Source of the DNA: a virus
IMG/VR virus record: IMGVR_UViG_3300034377_000007
Span: 1-64,000 of that record
Reading direction: 5' to 3' (one strand)
DNA length: 64,000 nucleotides
Made by a program: the position numbers and the translations under genes. The notes under the pieces are model-generated. The model had not been told where the DNA came from. It saw nothing but the letters and a program-made list of their open reading frames with translations, and did no database searches. This document shows positions 42,074 through 49,953 of this stretch, in pieces (the first letter of the stretch is position 1; every line of letters starts with the position of its first letter).

Positions 42074-42286
42074 ATGGTGACAGACAACAATGATCTTCTG
42101 AGCCCACAGGGACTCGAAACGCTCTACAGCGTGAATGAGATTCTGTGCCAGCGATTCTATGAGTTGGTAGTCGGTGAATGGCCGGAAGACGTGCTCCTTA
42201 ACGCCGTTGGAATAACTGAGATTTTACTATTCCACTTCGGGCCGCTCATGACGGACGAAGAGGAAGCAGAGATGTTGGCGGGGTAA
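42074..42286 (+). CDS. Early-operon hypothetical protein (70 aa)
   Basis: It has a GAAGGAG RBS and is acidic. Confidence 0.5.
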   Translation: MVTDNNDLLSPQGLETLYSVNEILCQRFYELVVGEWPEDVLLNAVGITEILLFHFGPLMTDEEEAEMLAG

Positions 42287-42291
42287 AATAG

Positions 42292-42549
42292 ATGACATAC
42301 GAACAGATCATCGCTGAAATCAATCTAGGCGAAGAGTCTGACTTTACTCTTCAGCAGGCCCATATGGTCATAAACAGGCTGAGGCGAGTGGGTATCTGGA
42401 CGCGCGTTGAATTCATGGCGCACGGCCCTTACATCCGCGTTGAAATGGGGCGTCCTTCTGAGCAGTGGGATGTAGTTCTGGCACATTTCCCGTTGGCTGT
42501 TCATAAAGCAGCCAGCATGGCACTTGATAGGCTGCGGCGTGAGTTGTAA
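42292..42549 (+). CDS. Early-operon hypothetical protein (85 aa)
   Basis: It is a complete ORF starting 5 nt after the previous stop. Confidence 0.5.
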   Translation: MTYEQIIAEINLGEESDFTLQQAHMVINRLRRVGIWTRVEFMAHGPYIRVEMGRPSEQWDVVLAHFPLAVHKAASMALDRLRREL

Positions 42550-42592
42550 ACGCCAGTTTGAGCGGTGAGTTTTAGGTAGAGGGACAGAGCCA

Positions 42593-43006
42593 ATGCCAAA
42601 GAAAAAAGTTCCATTATTTCATTGCACCAAGCCCTGTAGAGACTGTCCTTATAGGACGGATGCCCCGCTACGGCTTTGGGCCCGAGAAGAGTTTGAAGGC
42701 GTGTTAGAGAGCGAAGGCGAACTTCTTGGCAGGGTCTACCAGTGCCACGGGAAAACGGGCAGCGTATGCGTCGGCTGGCTGATGAATCAAGATGAGAGAG
42801 GCTTCCCTTCGATTGCGCTGCGGGTAGCCTTGATGAGGCACGAAGTGACCAGAGACTACCTGGACTCGCTCAGGAGTCCAGCGCCTTTGTACAAGAGCGT
42901 GCAGGACATAGTACGAGCCAACTTTCCCGAGTTGCTGGGTTCGGATGCCGTGCCGGAGTTTCGCCTCATTGATCTACTCAATGCGATTGCCAGCTCTAAA
43001 ATTTGA
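42593..43006 (+). CDS. Cys-rich hypothetical protein (137 aa)
   Basis: It has a CTKPCRDCPYR ... CH ... C motif. It is the last gene of the early operon. Confidence 0.55.
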   Translation: MPKKKVPLFHCTKPCRDCPYRTDAPLRLWAREEFEGVLESEGELLGRVYQCHGKTGSVCVGWLMNQDERGFPSIALRVALMRHEVTRDYLDSLRSPAPLYKSVQDIVRANFPELLGSDAVPEFRLIDLLNAIASSKI

Positions 43007-43058
43007 CTCTGAAAATTCTTCTTATCGGAATTAAAGCGAGGTGTGCCCTGTACCAGTT

Positions 43059-43094
43059 GTGAAACAAGGGGCTTGCGGGTGTGAAACGAGGGGG
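43059..43094. repeat. Two direct GTGAAAC(A/G)AGGGG repeats 22 bp apart
   Basis: They lie at 43059-43071 and 43081-43094, in the gap between the early operon and the par genes. GTGAAACAA also occurs at 38550. Confidence 0.6.
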
Positions 43095-43333
43095 CGTGAG
43101 AGGATTTGAGGCTGCTAATGGGACACTGTACAGAAGGTGAATAAGCGCATGATGGCGGTTCGCGTGCAGCCCCAGAGACACGTTGACATAGCTCTGTAGC
43201 GCCTTGAGAGGCACGCTACCCCGGCGCAGAGGAGGCACTGCTGCCGCGTTACCCCGGCACGAACCCCCTGGTGACTGCCGCACCGACCCGCCGTTGACAC
43301 TGCTGACGTGCTCTTTGAAATCTGAATTACTCT

Positions 43334-44344
43334 TTACTTGCCGTGCTTGCACTTCCTCACTCCGCCGTCAGGGCCATTGGGATATTCCCAGCCCGAGCCT
43401 GCACACGCAGGACAGCTTTTAGCGGCCTCTGTGGGCTCTACAATCGCCTGATCGGGGAGTTCCCTGCCTTCCTCTCGGGCCTGGCGTTTATCTATCTTCC
43501 AGAGCCTTCTGCGGAGGTGTTCTGCAAGGAAAGCGGGCACACTTGATATGGTTGTTCGTGCTGCAGCAATCCTCAGTTCCGCGATAAGAACCTCGGCCAG
43601 TTCTTTCCACCGCTCCGCCTCGCCTGGGGAGAGTTCTTTACCTGTCAGTTCCCTGACGGCCTCTTTGAAGGCGCGGTTCATTTGGGCGAGCGCAGCGTCA
43701 TCATCAACTTCGTTGTCTTTAAGAGATGTATTTAATTGTCCGGTAATTTTTGACCCCAGTACCGCAGTATTTTCTGCCGCAGTACTCCGGTACTCCGGTA
43801 CTCCGGTATTACCGGAGTGGGATAGTATCCGATACTCGTCGCCGAGAGGGCTGTTGATGGAGGAGAGCCGTTCAATCCGGCCTTTAAGCTCAAGGCCGCG
43901 CAGGGCTGCCCTGACGGTCTTGTCCGACTTGTAGCCCGTGCGTTCCATCAATACGGAGACACGGACTCGAATGTCGCTGCGGTTGAATCCGACTGTGAAT
44001 CTTAGAAGATGCTCTAAAACCTTACTCTCAGCCGGTGAGAGGGTGCGATCAAGGCGGTCGGCATATTCATTGGCTTTCCTGTAGTAACGCTCGGTCGGCA
44101 CAACATCACTGCGATACTGCGGTACTTCAGTACTCCGGTAATCCGGTACTCGTTCATTGCTATCAATAGTTTGCGCCTGCTCCGGTACTCCGGTACTGCG
44201 GTAATCACCGGGAGTGAGCGCGCGGGGTTTGACCTTGGCTAAAAGGGAAGAAGTAGCGGTCGCGTCCGGGCTCTCGATGGCGTCACTTATTCCGCGCCCC
44301 AGCGCTCTCCCTTTCGATCTTTTCACGTCGCTCATAGAGGTCAA
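43334..44344 (-). CDS. ParB-like partition or centromere-binding protein with wHTH and C-terminal zinc ribbon
   Basis: The N-terminal KRSKGRALGRGISDAIE resembles the ParB LG(R/K)GL peptide that stimulates ParA. The wHTH-like segment is VLEHLLRF...TVRAALRGLELKGRIERL. It lies downstream of parA. Confidence 0.6.
   Translation of the reverse strand: MTSMSDVKRSKGRALGRGISDAIESPDATATSSLLAKVKPRALTPGDYRSTGVPEQAQTIDSNERVPDYRSTEVPQYRSDVVPTERYYRKANEYADRLDRTLSPAESKVLEHLLRFTVGFNRSDIRVRVSVLMERTGYKSDKTVRAALRGLELKGRIERLSSINSPLGDEYRILSHSGNTGVPEYRSTAAENTAVLGSKITGQLNTSLKDNEVDDDAALAQMNRAFKEAVRELTGKELSPGEAERWKELAEVLIAELRIAAARTTISSVPAFLAEHLRRRLWKIDKRQAREEGRELPDQAIVEPTEAAKSCPACAGSGWEYPNGPDGGVRKCKHGK
43759..44210. 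repeat. Three clusters of 8-bp GTACTCCG-type tandem repeats inside the ParB-like gene
   Basis: GTACTCCG occurs three times perfectly at 43782-43805. Degenerate runs lie at 44111-44152 and 44180-44210. They encode the (D/E)YRST(G/E)VPE peptide repeats. Confidence 0.7.
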
Positions 44345-45089
44345 TCAACTCCTTTGCCAGCTTGGTAAAGTCGAAATAGCCGGAACTCGTCTTGTCGTAT
44401 TCAAAGATGGATTTCCCATGCGCCGCCGCCTCGGCCAGTTTGACGTTTTTATGAATGATCGTCCCCAGCATCAGGGTCTCGAAAAAGCCCTCTACTTCGG
44501 CCTGCGCTTCGCGGTCTATCTTCTGGCGCTGGTCGTAGTGATTAAGCAGGGCGCGGATGACAAGGCCGTGACGGTCGAAGTCCTGCTGCACCGATGCGAG
44601 CGTTTCCATGAGCTGGGTAAGGCCGTAGAGCGCGTAGTAGCCGGAGTCCAGGACGACGATCACTTCATCTGCGGCCACCATCGCGTTGATCGTCGCGGTC
44701 TCAAGCGCTGGCGGGGTATCAATGAAAACGTAGTCGTAGCGCCCCTGGAACGCCCGCAATCGCATCTCCAGGAGTCTTTCACGATTGCGCTTGGCCGCTA
44801 ACTGCTGTTCCATCGCAGGCTCTAAAGTGTTTGGGATGAGGTCGAGGCCGGGGCGGGCAGAGATAACGTAATCGAGCGGGTCAGGAGCGTCATTGAGTAA
44901 TAGCCGGAAGGAGCTGTTTTGAATCTTGCGCGGGTCGAGCCCGAGCCCTACGGACAGGTTGCCCTGTGGGTCAAGGTCTACCGCAAGCACTCTTTTCCTG
45001 AAATGGGAAGCGAAGGCGGCAGAGAGATTGAGCGCCACAGTGGTTTTACCTGTTCCGCCTTTCGCATTAGCGAGGACGATAATCTTCAT
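44283..45089 (-). CDS. parA: ParA/Soj-family partition ATPase
   Basis: The deviant Walker A is MKIIVLANAKGGTGKTTVALNL and the Walker B is YVFIDTPP. Confidence 0.85.
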   Translation of the reverse strand: MKIIVLANAKGGTGKTTVALNLSAAFASHFRKRVLAVDLDPQGNLSVGLGLDPRKIQNSSFRLLLNDAPDPLDYVISARPGLDLIPNTLEPAMEQQLAAKRNRERLLEMRLRAFQGRYDYVFIDTPPALETATINAMVAADEVIVVLDSGYYALYGLTQLMETLASVQQDFDRHGLVIRALLNHYDQRQKIDREAQAEVEGFFETLMLGTIIHKNVKLAEAAAHGKSIFEYDKTSSGYFDFTKLAKELIDLYERREKIERESAGARNK

Positions 45090-45148
45090 GGGCGGATTAT
45101 ATAACTGAGAATGGGAAGGGAAGGCAAGGAATTTTCATTGAAGGAGAG

Positions 45149-45208
45149 ATGAGAATTAAAGCTATACGAGAGCGCGTCACGAATCACACTCGTTTGAATC
45201 TCAAATAA
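45149..45208 (+). CDS. Mini-ORF (19 aa) upstream of the HNH gene
   Basis: It has an AAGGAGAG RBS 5 nt before the ATG and reads MRIKAIRERVTNHTRLNLK. Confidence 0.3.
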   Translation: MRIKAIRERVTNHTRLNLK

Positions 45209-45219
45209 CTTGGAGGCTT

Positions 45220-45972
45220 ATGAGTCCAATATCAACACAGAAGGATTACAGGGAGATTCAATTACCAAGCGGCCATGTTGCGCTTGTTGATGAAGAAGAT
45301 TATGAGCGCACCACCGCTTACCGTTGGTATTATTGGCGGGTTAGTGAAAGGAGGGGCTGTTGGGTAGTTACTAATAGCATGATGAGGCTGCATCACCTTG
45401 TTCTTAACACCCCCAAGAATCTCCACGTCCAACACCTCAACGAAAACAGATTGGACAACAGGAAGGCGAATCTATCACAGGTCGGTCACGACAAAATAAG
45501 CGTTGCCTGCGATGGCTGCAGCATCACCTTCCAGCGTTACCCGTCGTCGATCAGAGGCGGGAGAAACTTCCACTCGCGAAAATGCCGCGAGCAAAACTCA
45601 GGCGGAAAAGTTGCATTTACTTGTGATACCTGCGGGAAGCCAAATGTCCATTTTCGCGCTCGTTTCAATAAGTATGAATTGCATTTTTGCAACGCCGCTT
45701 GCCAGCACGCAAATCCATATTTGCGCTACACAAAAGCTATTAAGTTGGCTAATCGCGTATTACCCATAATTTATACGCCCGAATTTCTCAGGCGTTGTCT
45801 AAAGTGGGACGAAGAGGGCTGTGCCTTTAGGGGTTGTGTTAATCCAAAGTCGAGAAATAGATGGCATCTCTGCCCGCACCACAATCAGCGCAGGGCCGAA
45901 GCCATGTCACACCAAAAACGTCGTTACGAATTCACTAAACATCTTAGAGGGGGAAATTATGTCAGCACCTAA
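45220..45972 (+). CDS. HNH endonuclease with two zinc modules
   Basis: It has LHHLVLNTPKNLHVQHLNENRLDNRKANL (HNH_3-like) and then CDGC...C and CDTC...C..C repeats. Confidence 0.7.
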   Translation: MSPISTQKDYREIQLPSGHVALVDEEDYERTTAYRWYYWRVSERRGCWVVTNSMMRLHHLVLNTPKNLHVQHLNENRLDNRKANLSQVGHDKISVACDGCSITFQRYPSSIRGGRNFHSRKCREQNSGGKVAFTCDTCGKPNVHFRARFNKYELHFCNAACQHANPYLRYTKAIKLANRVLPIIYTPEFLRRCLKWDEEGCAFRGCVNPKSRNRWHLCPHHNQRRAEAMSHQKRRYEFTKHLRGGNYVST

Positions 45973-46708
45973 AATGCCAGACGGAAGAATCAAACTCGGC
46001 GTCCGCACGCTGAAACTCGAAAAAGAAATCGCGCAGATGAAATTGCCGCGAGACGTGGAAGAGGCCGCAAGGCTTACCCTTCAAATGCGTAACGATGAAC
46101 TTGAGGCGCGATACAATAAGACGCTTCGCTTTATCCACCTGCAATCGTTAGGCGACTTCTGTACGGTGTTCGGTTGTAAGTCAACGCAAGAGTGGCTTGC
46201 ACAGAATGATCTTTCGTGCGGGTCTGCCCTCGCCAGCCAAGAGATACTTGTACGACTCTTCGATAAGCAGACCTTTATGACCGTTGGTGATGTGATGCTT
46301 GATGATATGACGTTTTTAGTGTCCAAGCATCAGAGTGATAGCGAACTGCGCAAACGCGACTATCAAGCCATCTTTGATACATACCTGAAATCAAATGATA
46401 CCTTTGATAAGGTTGAGTTCCGCAAGATTCTTTACTGGTATGTAAACACGACCTACAAGCCGGAAGGGCGCGACACGAAAGACAATACCGCCCGCCCGCC
46501 GCGCGCAGAACCAAAAGGCTGGGCGTCTCAAAAGAAACCGCGTCCAAACGAATCAGAAGCAAGCGCCGCAGAACTGCCGAACGACTTTGAAGTTGAGACG
46601 CGCCCGTGTGCGTGCGGTTGGCGTGAATATGCCCTAGAACTCGAAAACATCATCCGTTCTGAATTGGGAGCGAAGCGACTTCCTGCGCGCCCAAAGGAAT
46701 TAAGTTGA
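45959..46708 (+). CDS. Hypothetical protein (249 aa)
   Basis: The ATG has a GAGGGGG RBS and overlaps the HNH stop by 14 nt. Confidence 0.6.
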   Translation: MSAPKMPDGRIKLGVRTLKLEKEIAQMKLPRDVEEAARLTLQMRNDELEARYNKTLRFIHLQSLGDFCTVFGCKSTQEWLAQNDLSCGSALASQEILVRLFDKQTFMTVGDVMLDDMTFLVSKHQSDSELRKRDYQAIFDTYLKSNDTFDKVEFRKILYWYVNTTYKPEGRDTKDNTARPPRAEPKGWASQKKPRPNESEASAAELPNDFEVETRPCACGWREYALELENIIRSELGAKRLPARPKELS

Positions 46709-46835
46709 GCCCGAATGGAGGTGGCAGGAGTCAACGTATCGGTTTAACGGAGCGGGGCAAGTAGAGTGCTGGTAACACCCTACCGCCCCTAACACATCAA
46801 CCCACTTTCCCACTTGAAAGGAACAAAGTGAATCA

Positions 46836-47009
46836 ATGGCTACAAAACACTTAGCACATCTCTGTGCTTTATCGCTACTTCTCATCCTCGCATCTATCAA
46901 CGTCAACGCCCAGGAATACCCTGCGACTCTCAAAAGCAGGTTCGTCAAAGTCGAACCACATCAACCCGCCGACCCGGTAGTGCAGCCTCGTGACTACTCC
47001 CTACTCTAA
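46836..47009 (+). CDS. Small secreted peptide (57 aa)
   Basis: MATKHLAHLCALSLLLILASINVNA is signal-like. It is below the track cut-off. Confidence 0.4.
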   Translation: MATKHLAHLCALSLLLILASINVNAQEYPATLKSRFVKVEPHQPADPVVQPRDYSLL

Positions 47010-47238
47010 AGAGCAAGGCTTCTCATGCAACGGCTTGAGTCAACAACCTCTACCGTTAGCGCATGAAGGCTCAGTCCGAGCCGTAGAATTTCTAAAGCAG
47101 ATGCATGGTCTCGTCCGACCGACAAACCGCAAGCCGTACATTCATGCCAGCGAACTAAAGGGATGCAAACGAATCGGTGAGCGTTCGTCATCAGGCTTAA
47201 ATCAGCGTATCGGCTAATAAATCCTCATTCTCGCCAAC

Positions 47239-47352
47239 TTGACAGAAAACAAGCTTTGCATAGAATACGCGACACTTGAGCGTCGAGGCTGAATGTCTCC
47301 GCTAAAGAAGCCGCTGAGGGGAGTGAGGACGCTCGGCGGCTTCACCCTCTTT
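47239..47352 (+). repeat. Promoter-plus-hairpin module, copy A (candidate sRNA)
   Basis: It has TTGACA-16 nt-TAGAAT, then GAGGCTGAATGTCTCCGCTAAA. An 8-bp hairpin GAAGCCGC...GCGGCTTC follows, then CCCTCTTTT. Confidence 0.55.
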
Positions 47353-47660
47353 TAAGAGCAATTTCTAGCGGCTCTATATCCTGCCGCTTCCGCTTCAGCT
47401 CTCGTCCTGAAATACACTCGATTGTAAGGGGCAATGTCATCATAGTTCGGGCATCCCGGCCAGTGGTAAATCATGCTCCGCTTATTACCTCTGATCCGTG
47501 CGTCCTGTGGGGTAGGTGTCGTTGACTGGACGGGTCTGCTTGATGCGGGGCTCGGCCTGCTGTCTTGAACTAAGCGAGCCGGGGCTTGTCGTGTCGTGGT
47601 CGGAGTCTTTGTGCAAGCCAGAGTAAGTAGTAGCGCGAGGATGAACAGGAGTTTTGACAT
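47352..47660 (-). CDS. Lipoprotein with C-terminal Cys/His metal-binding-like domain
   Basis: The lipobox is LLTLAC. The C-terminus is MIYHWPGCPNYDDI...YFRTRAEAEAAGYRAARNC. Confidence 0.6.
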   Translation of the reverse strand: MSKLLFILALLLTLACTKTPTTTRQAPARLVQDSRPSPASSRPVQSTTPTPQDARIRGNKRSMIYHWPGCPNYDDIAPYNRVYFRTRAEAEAAGYRAARNCS

Positions 47661-47736
47661 GGGAGCTCTCCTTTTGAGCAGGGGAAATGTATTCTTGTAG
47701 GTTGTGGAGTGTCAAGGAAAGATCGGCGCGCCGCTG

Positions 47737-48039
47737 TTACTTTTGGCGCGCGCATTCATCCTCAACGATCAATTCTTCGAGGCGGCGAATGTCTTTCAGG
47801 TCGCGGGCTGATTTCATCGAGCGCGTCAGTGCAATGTTGTTTTCCTCACGCGCCCGTGTAATCGCCTCAACAGCTTTTATCAGGATAGCGATTGACTCTT
47901 CGTTCGTCTTAGCTTTGGGCTCAAAGTGGGCGCAGTCGTAGGAGAGGGTTACGTCATCGTATTTTATAATGACGTTTTTCCGTGCCCGCGCGGCGCACCC
48001 TGTAAAGATGAGGGCCAGAATGATGATCGTGAGTCGCAT
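47737..48039 (-). CDS. Small lipoprotein (100 aa)
   Basis: The signal plus lipobox is MRLTIIILALIFTGC. Confidence 0.6.
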   Translation of the reverse strand: MRLTIIILALIFTGCAARARKNVIIKYDDVTLSYDCAHFEPKAKTNEESIAILIKAVEAITRAREENNIALTRSMKSARDLKDIRRLEELIVEDECARQK

Positions 48040-48144
48040 CCGAGACGCATCTTAGCTCAGAAGGGCCTTGATGCGAAACTCGTGTGCCAGTGTCTACCTC
48101 TTTTCCTTGCGCCGCTTCTCTCTGCTTTGATAGCATGCTTTGCT

Positions 48145-49092
48145 ATGACCCTCAACCTCTTCTTCGCAATGCAGCCTCACGGTGACAGGTGGGTGAAGTA
48201 TGATCATTATCCGCGAGAGTTTATCCGCAGACTGATTCGAGGCAAGCCCAAAGTATTCGGCTTAGAACGCACATTCTTAAATCTCTGCGCTGGGCTGGAT
48301 AAGATAGGCGTCCAATATAGAGTCAATGATTATAAGTACATCAAAAAACATCCTGAAGAATTAGCCTGCATCATCGGCACGCCTTACCTGCTGAATAGAG
48401 AATGGAAGAATCCCGTCATATTCGGCCCCGCCGGGCACTCGCACCCGTCCGACGCGCCTGATCTGTTCTCACGTTTTGATATTCAAAAAGTCCTCGTCTA
48501 TGGCCCGTGGATGAAAGAGATGTGCGAGCCGTTCTGGAATGGGAAAGTAGCCATGTGGCCCGTTGGTATTGATACTGACCTGTGGAGTCCGGCGGATTCA
48601 CCAAAGGAGTACGATTTTATAGTTTATGACAAGATCATGTGGGACTACGAAAGACAAAAGGCCGAGTTCCTTACTCCGATACTTTCTGAGCTAGAGCGCT
48701 GTGGATTAAAGACAGCATATCTCCGCTATGGCTCTTACGATGAATCTGCGTATCTTGAATTACTGAGGCGGTCTAAAGCAATGCTGTTCTTGTGCGAACA
48801 TGAAACGCAGGGGATAGCTTATCAGCAAGCCTTATCCTGTAATGTCCCCGTGCTGGCGTGGGAACAGGGGATGTGGCTTGACCCGAAGTATTACCCTCGC
48901 ATCAAACATCACGCTTCAAGCGTGCCTTATTGGGATGAAAGGTGTGGGGTGAAGTTCAAAGACCTGTCAGAATTTGAGGCCGCGTTAAACCTATTTCTTG
49001 ACCAGCGAGATACCTTTTTACCGCGCCGCTTCGTGACTGAAAACCTAACGCTTGGTGAGCGTGCAAAGTCCTATCTAAGCTTTTGCCTTTAG
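48145..49092 (+). CDS. Glycosyltransferase (GT-B, GT4-like)
   Basis: FLCEHETQGIAYQQALSCNVPVLAW resembles the GT-B donor-binding motif. The start at MTLNLFF is uncertain because no clear RBS is visible. Confidence 0.6.
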   Translation: MTLNLFFAMQPHGDRWVKYDHYPREFIRRLIRGKPKVFGLERTFLNLCAGLDKIGVQYRVNDYKYIKKHPEELACIIGTPYLLNREWKNPVIFGPAGHSHPSDAPDLFSRFDIQKVLVYGPWMKEMCEPFWNGKVAMWPVGIDTDLWSPADSPKEYDFIVYDKIMWDYERQKAEFLTPILSELERCGLKTAYLRYGSYDESAYLELLRRSKAMLFLCEHETQGIAYQQALSCNVPVLAWEQGMWLDPKYYPRIKHHASSVPYWDERCGVKFKDLSEFEAALNLFLDQRDTFLPRRFVTENLTLGERAKSYLSFCL

Positions 49093-49099
49093 TTGCGCT

Positions 49100-49201
49100 T
49101 GAAAACAAGCCTTGCATAGAATGTCTATCTCCCAGGGCGTTGAGGCTGAATGTCTCCGCTAAAGAAGCCGCTGTGGGGAGTGAGGACTTTCGGCGGCTTC
49201 A
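49100..49201 (+). repeat. Promoter-plus-hairpin module, copy B (5' leader of the SGNH gene)
   Basis: It shares GAAAACAAGCyTTGCATAGAAT and GAGGCTGAATGTCTCCGCTAAAGAAGCCGCTG.GGGGAGTGAGGAC..TCGGCGGCTTCAC with copy A. Confidence 0.6.
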
Positions 49202-49260
49202 CACTTATATAAAACCCTTGCGCCTTGATCTACATCTCCTCTGTCAGATATGCTCCCCGC

Positions 49261-49953
49261 ATGAAACACGCCCTCATCGCTTCGTTACTCTTGAACCTGC
49301 TTGCAATATTCGTGGCCTGCGCGTTCGTTTATCACCGTGGGGGCATCTCGTTCCTCCGGGAGAAGCTTACAGGCCCGAACGCCGTTTACACTGCCTTTCG
49401 CCAGTCGCCTTTCTATCAAACCCGCGTGAGCGCCCAATCTGCCAATACCGCAACGGGTATGGACGTGTTTCTCGGGGACTCACTGACCGAGTACGGTAGT
49501 TGGAACGAGCTTGTGGGATGCCGGGCGGTTAATCGAGGCATCGCGGGGGATGAAATTCTCGGCGTTCAATCCCGCCTTCCTTCAATACTTGCTACAAGGC
49601 CCGCTCGCATCTTCCTGATGATCGGCCTCAACGATGTGCTCAGAGGTGACTCCCCTGAAACCATTTCAAAGAGGTATGGTGAGTTGGTAGATTCTATCAA
49701 ACCCGGCAATGTCGAGGTTTACCTGCAAAGCATCTTGCCCACACGCAAGGGAGAGTTCGGACAGGCTATCGTGGAAGTCAACCGGCGAATCGCTAAACTG
49801 GCAGACGGGCGGCGTGTGCACTACCTTGATCTATACGGATATTTTCAGGATGCGGACGGACTACTTGATGAGCGCTACACGATGGACGGAACACACCTTA
49901 ACGGTGCAGGATATTTACTATGGCGCGAGCGACTACAGGCCGAACTTAGATAA
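49261..49953 (+). CDS. Membrane-anchored SGNH/GDSL hydrolase (esterase or O-acetyl-type)
   Basis: It has an N-terminal TM helix and the blocks GDSLT, NRGIAGD, IGLNDV and DGTHLN. Confidence 0.75.
   Translation: MKHALIASLLLNLLAIFVACAFVYHRGGISFLREKLTGPNAVYTAFRQSPFYQTRVSAQSANTATGMDVFLGDSLTEYGSWNELVGCRAVNRGIAGDEILGVQSRLPSILATRPARIFLMIGLNDVLRGDSPETISKRYGELVDSIKPGNVEVYLQSILPTRKGEFGQAIVEVNRRIAKLADGRRVHYLDLYGYFQDADGLLDERYTMDGTHLNGAGYLLWRERLQAELR

Noticed and set aside
43759-44210. I considered a CRISPR array or a simple microsatellite as the explanation for the 8-bp repeats.
   Set aside because: The repeat unit is only 8 bp, there are no spacers, and the repeats lie in frame inside a coding sequence.
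44214-44801. A 195-aa plus-strand ORF runs opposite parA.
   Set aside because: It is antisense to a gene with unambiguous Walker motifs and is probably an artefact of GC-rich sequence.
47285-47345. I considered assigning the duplicated leader to a known riboswitch class (fluoride, c-di-GMP, guanidine, ZTP, preQ1).
   Set aside because: The conserved cores of those classes, as I remember them, do not match. I have left it as an unclassified repeated RNA-like module.
47926-48144. The track ORF extends the glycosyltransferase by 73 aa upstream.
   Set aside because: The extension overlaps the divergent lipoprotein gene and has atypical composition. The start is set at the first ATG after that gene, although it remains uncertain.
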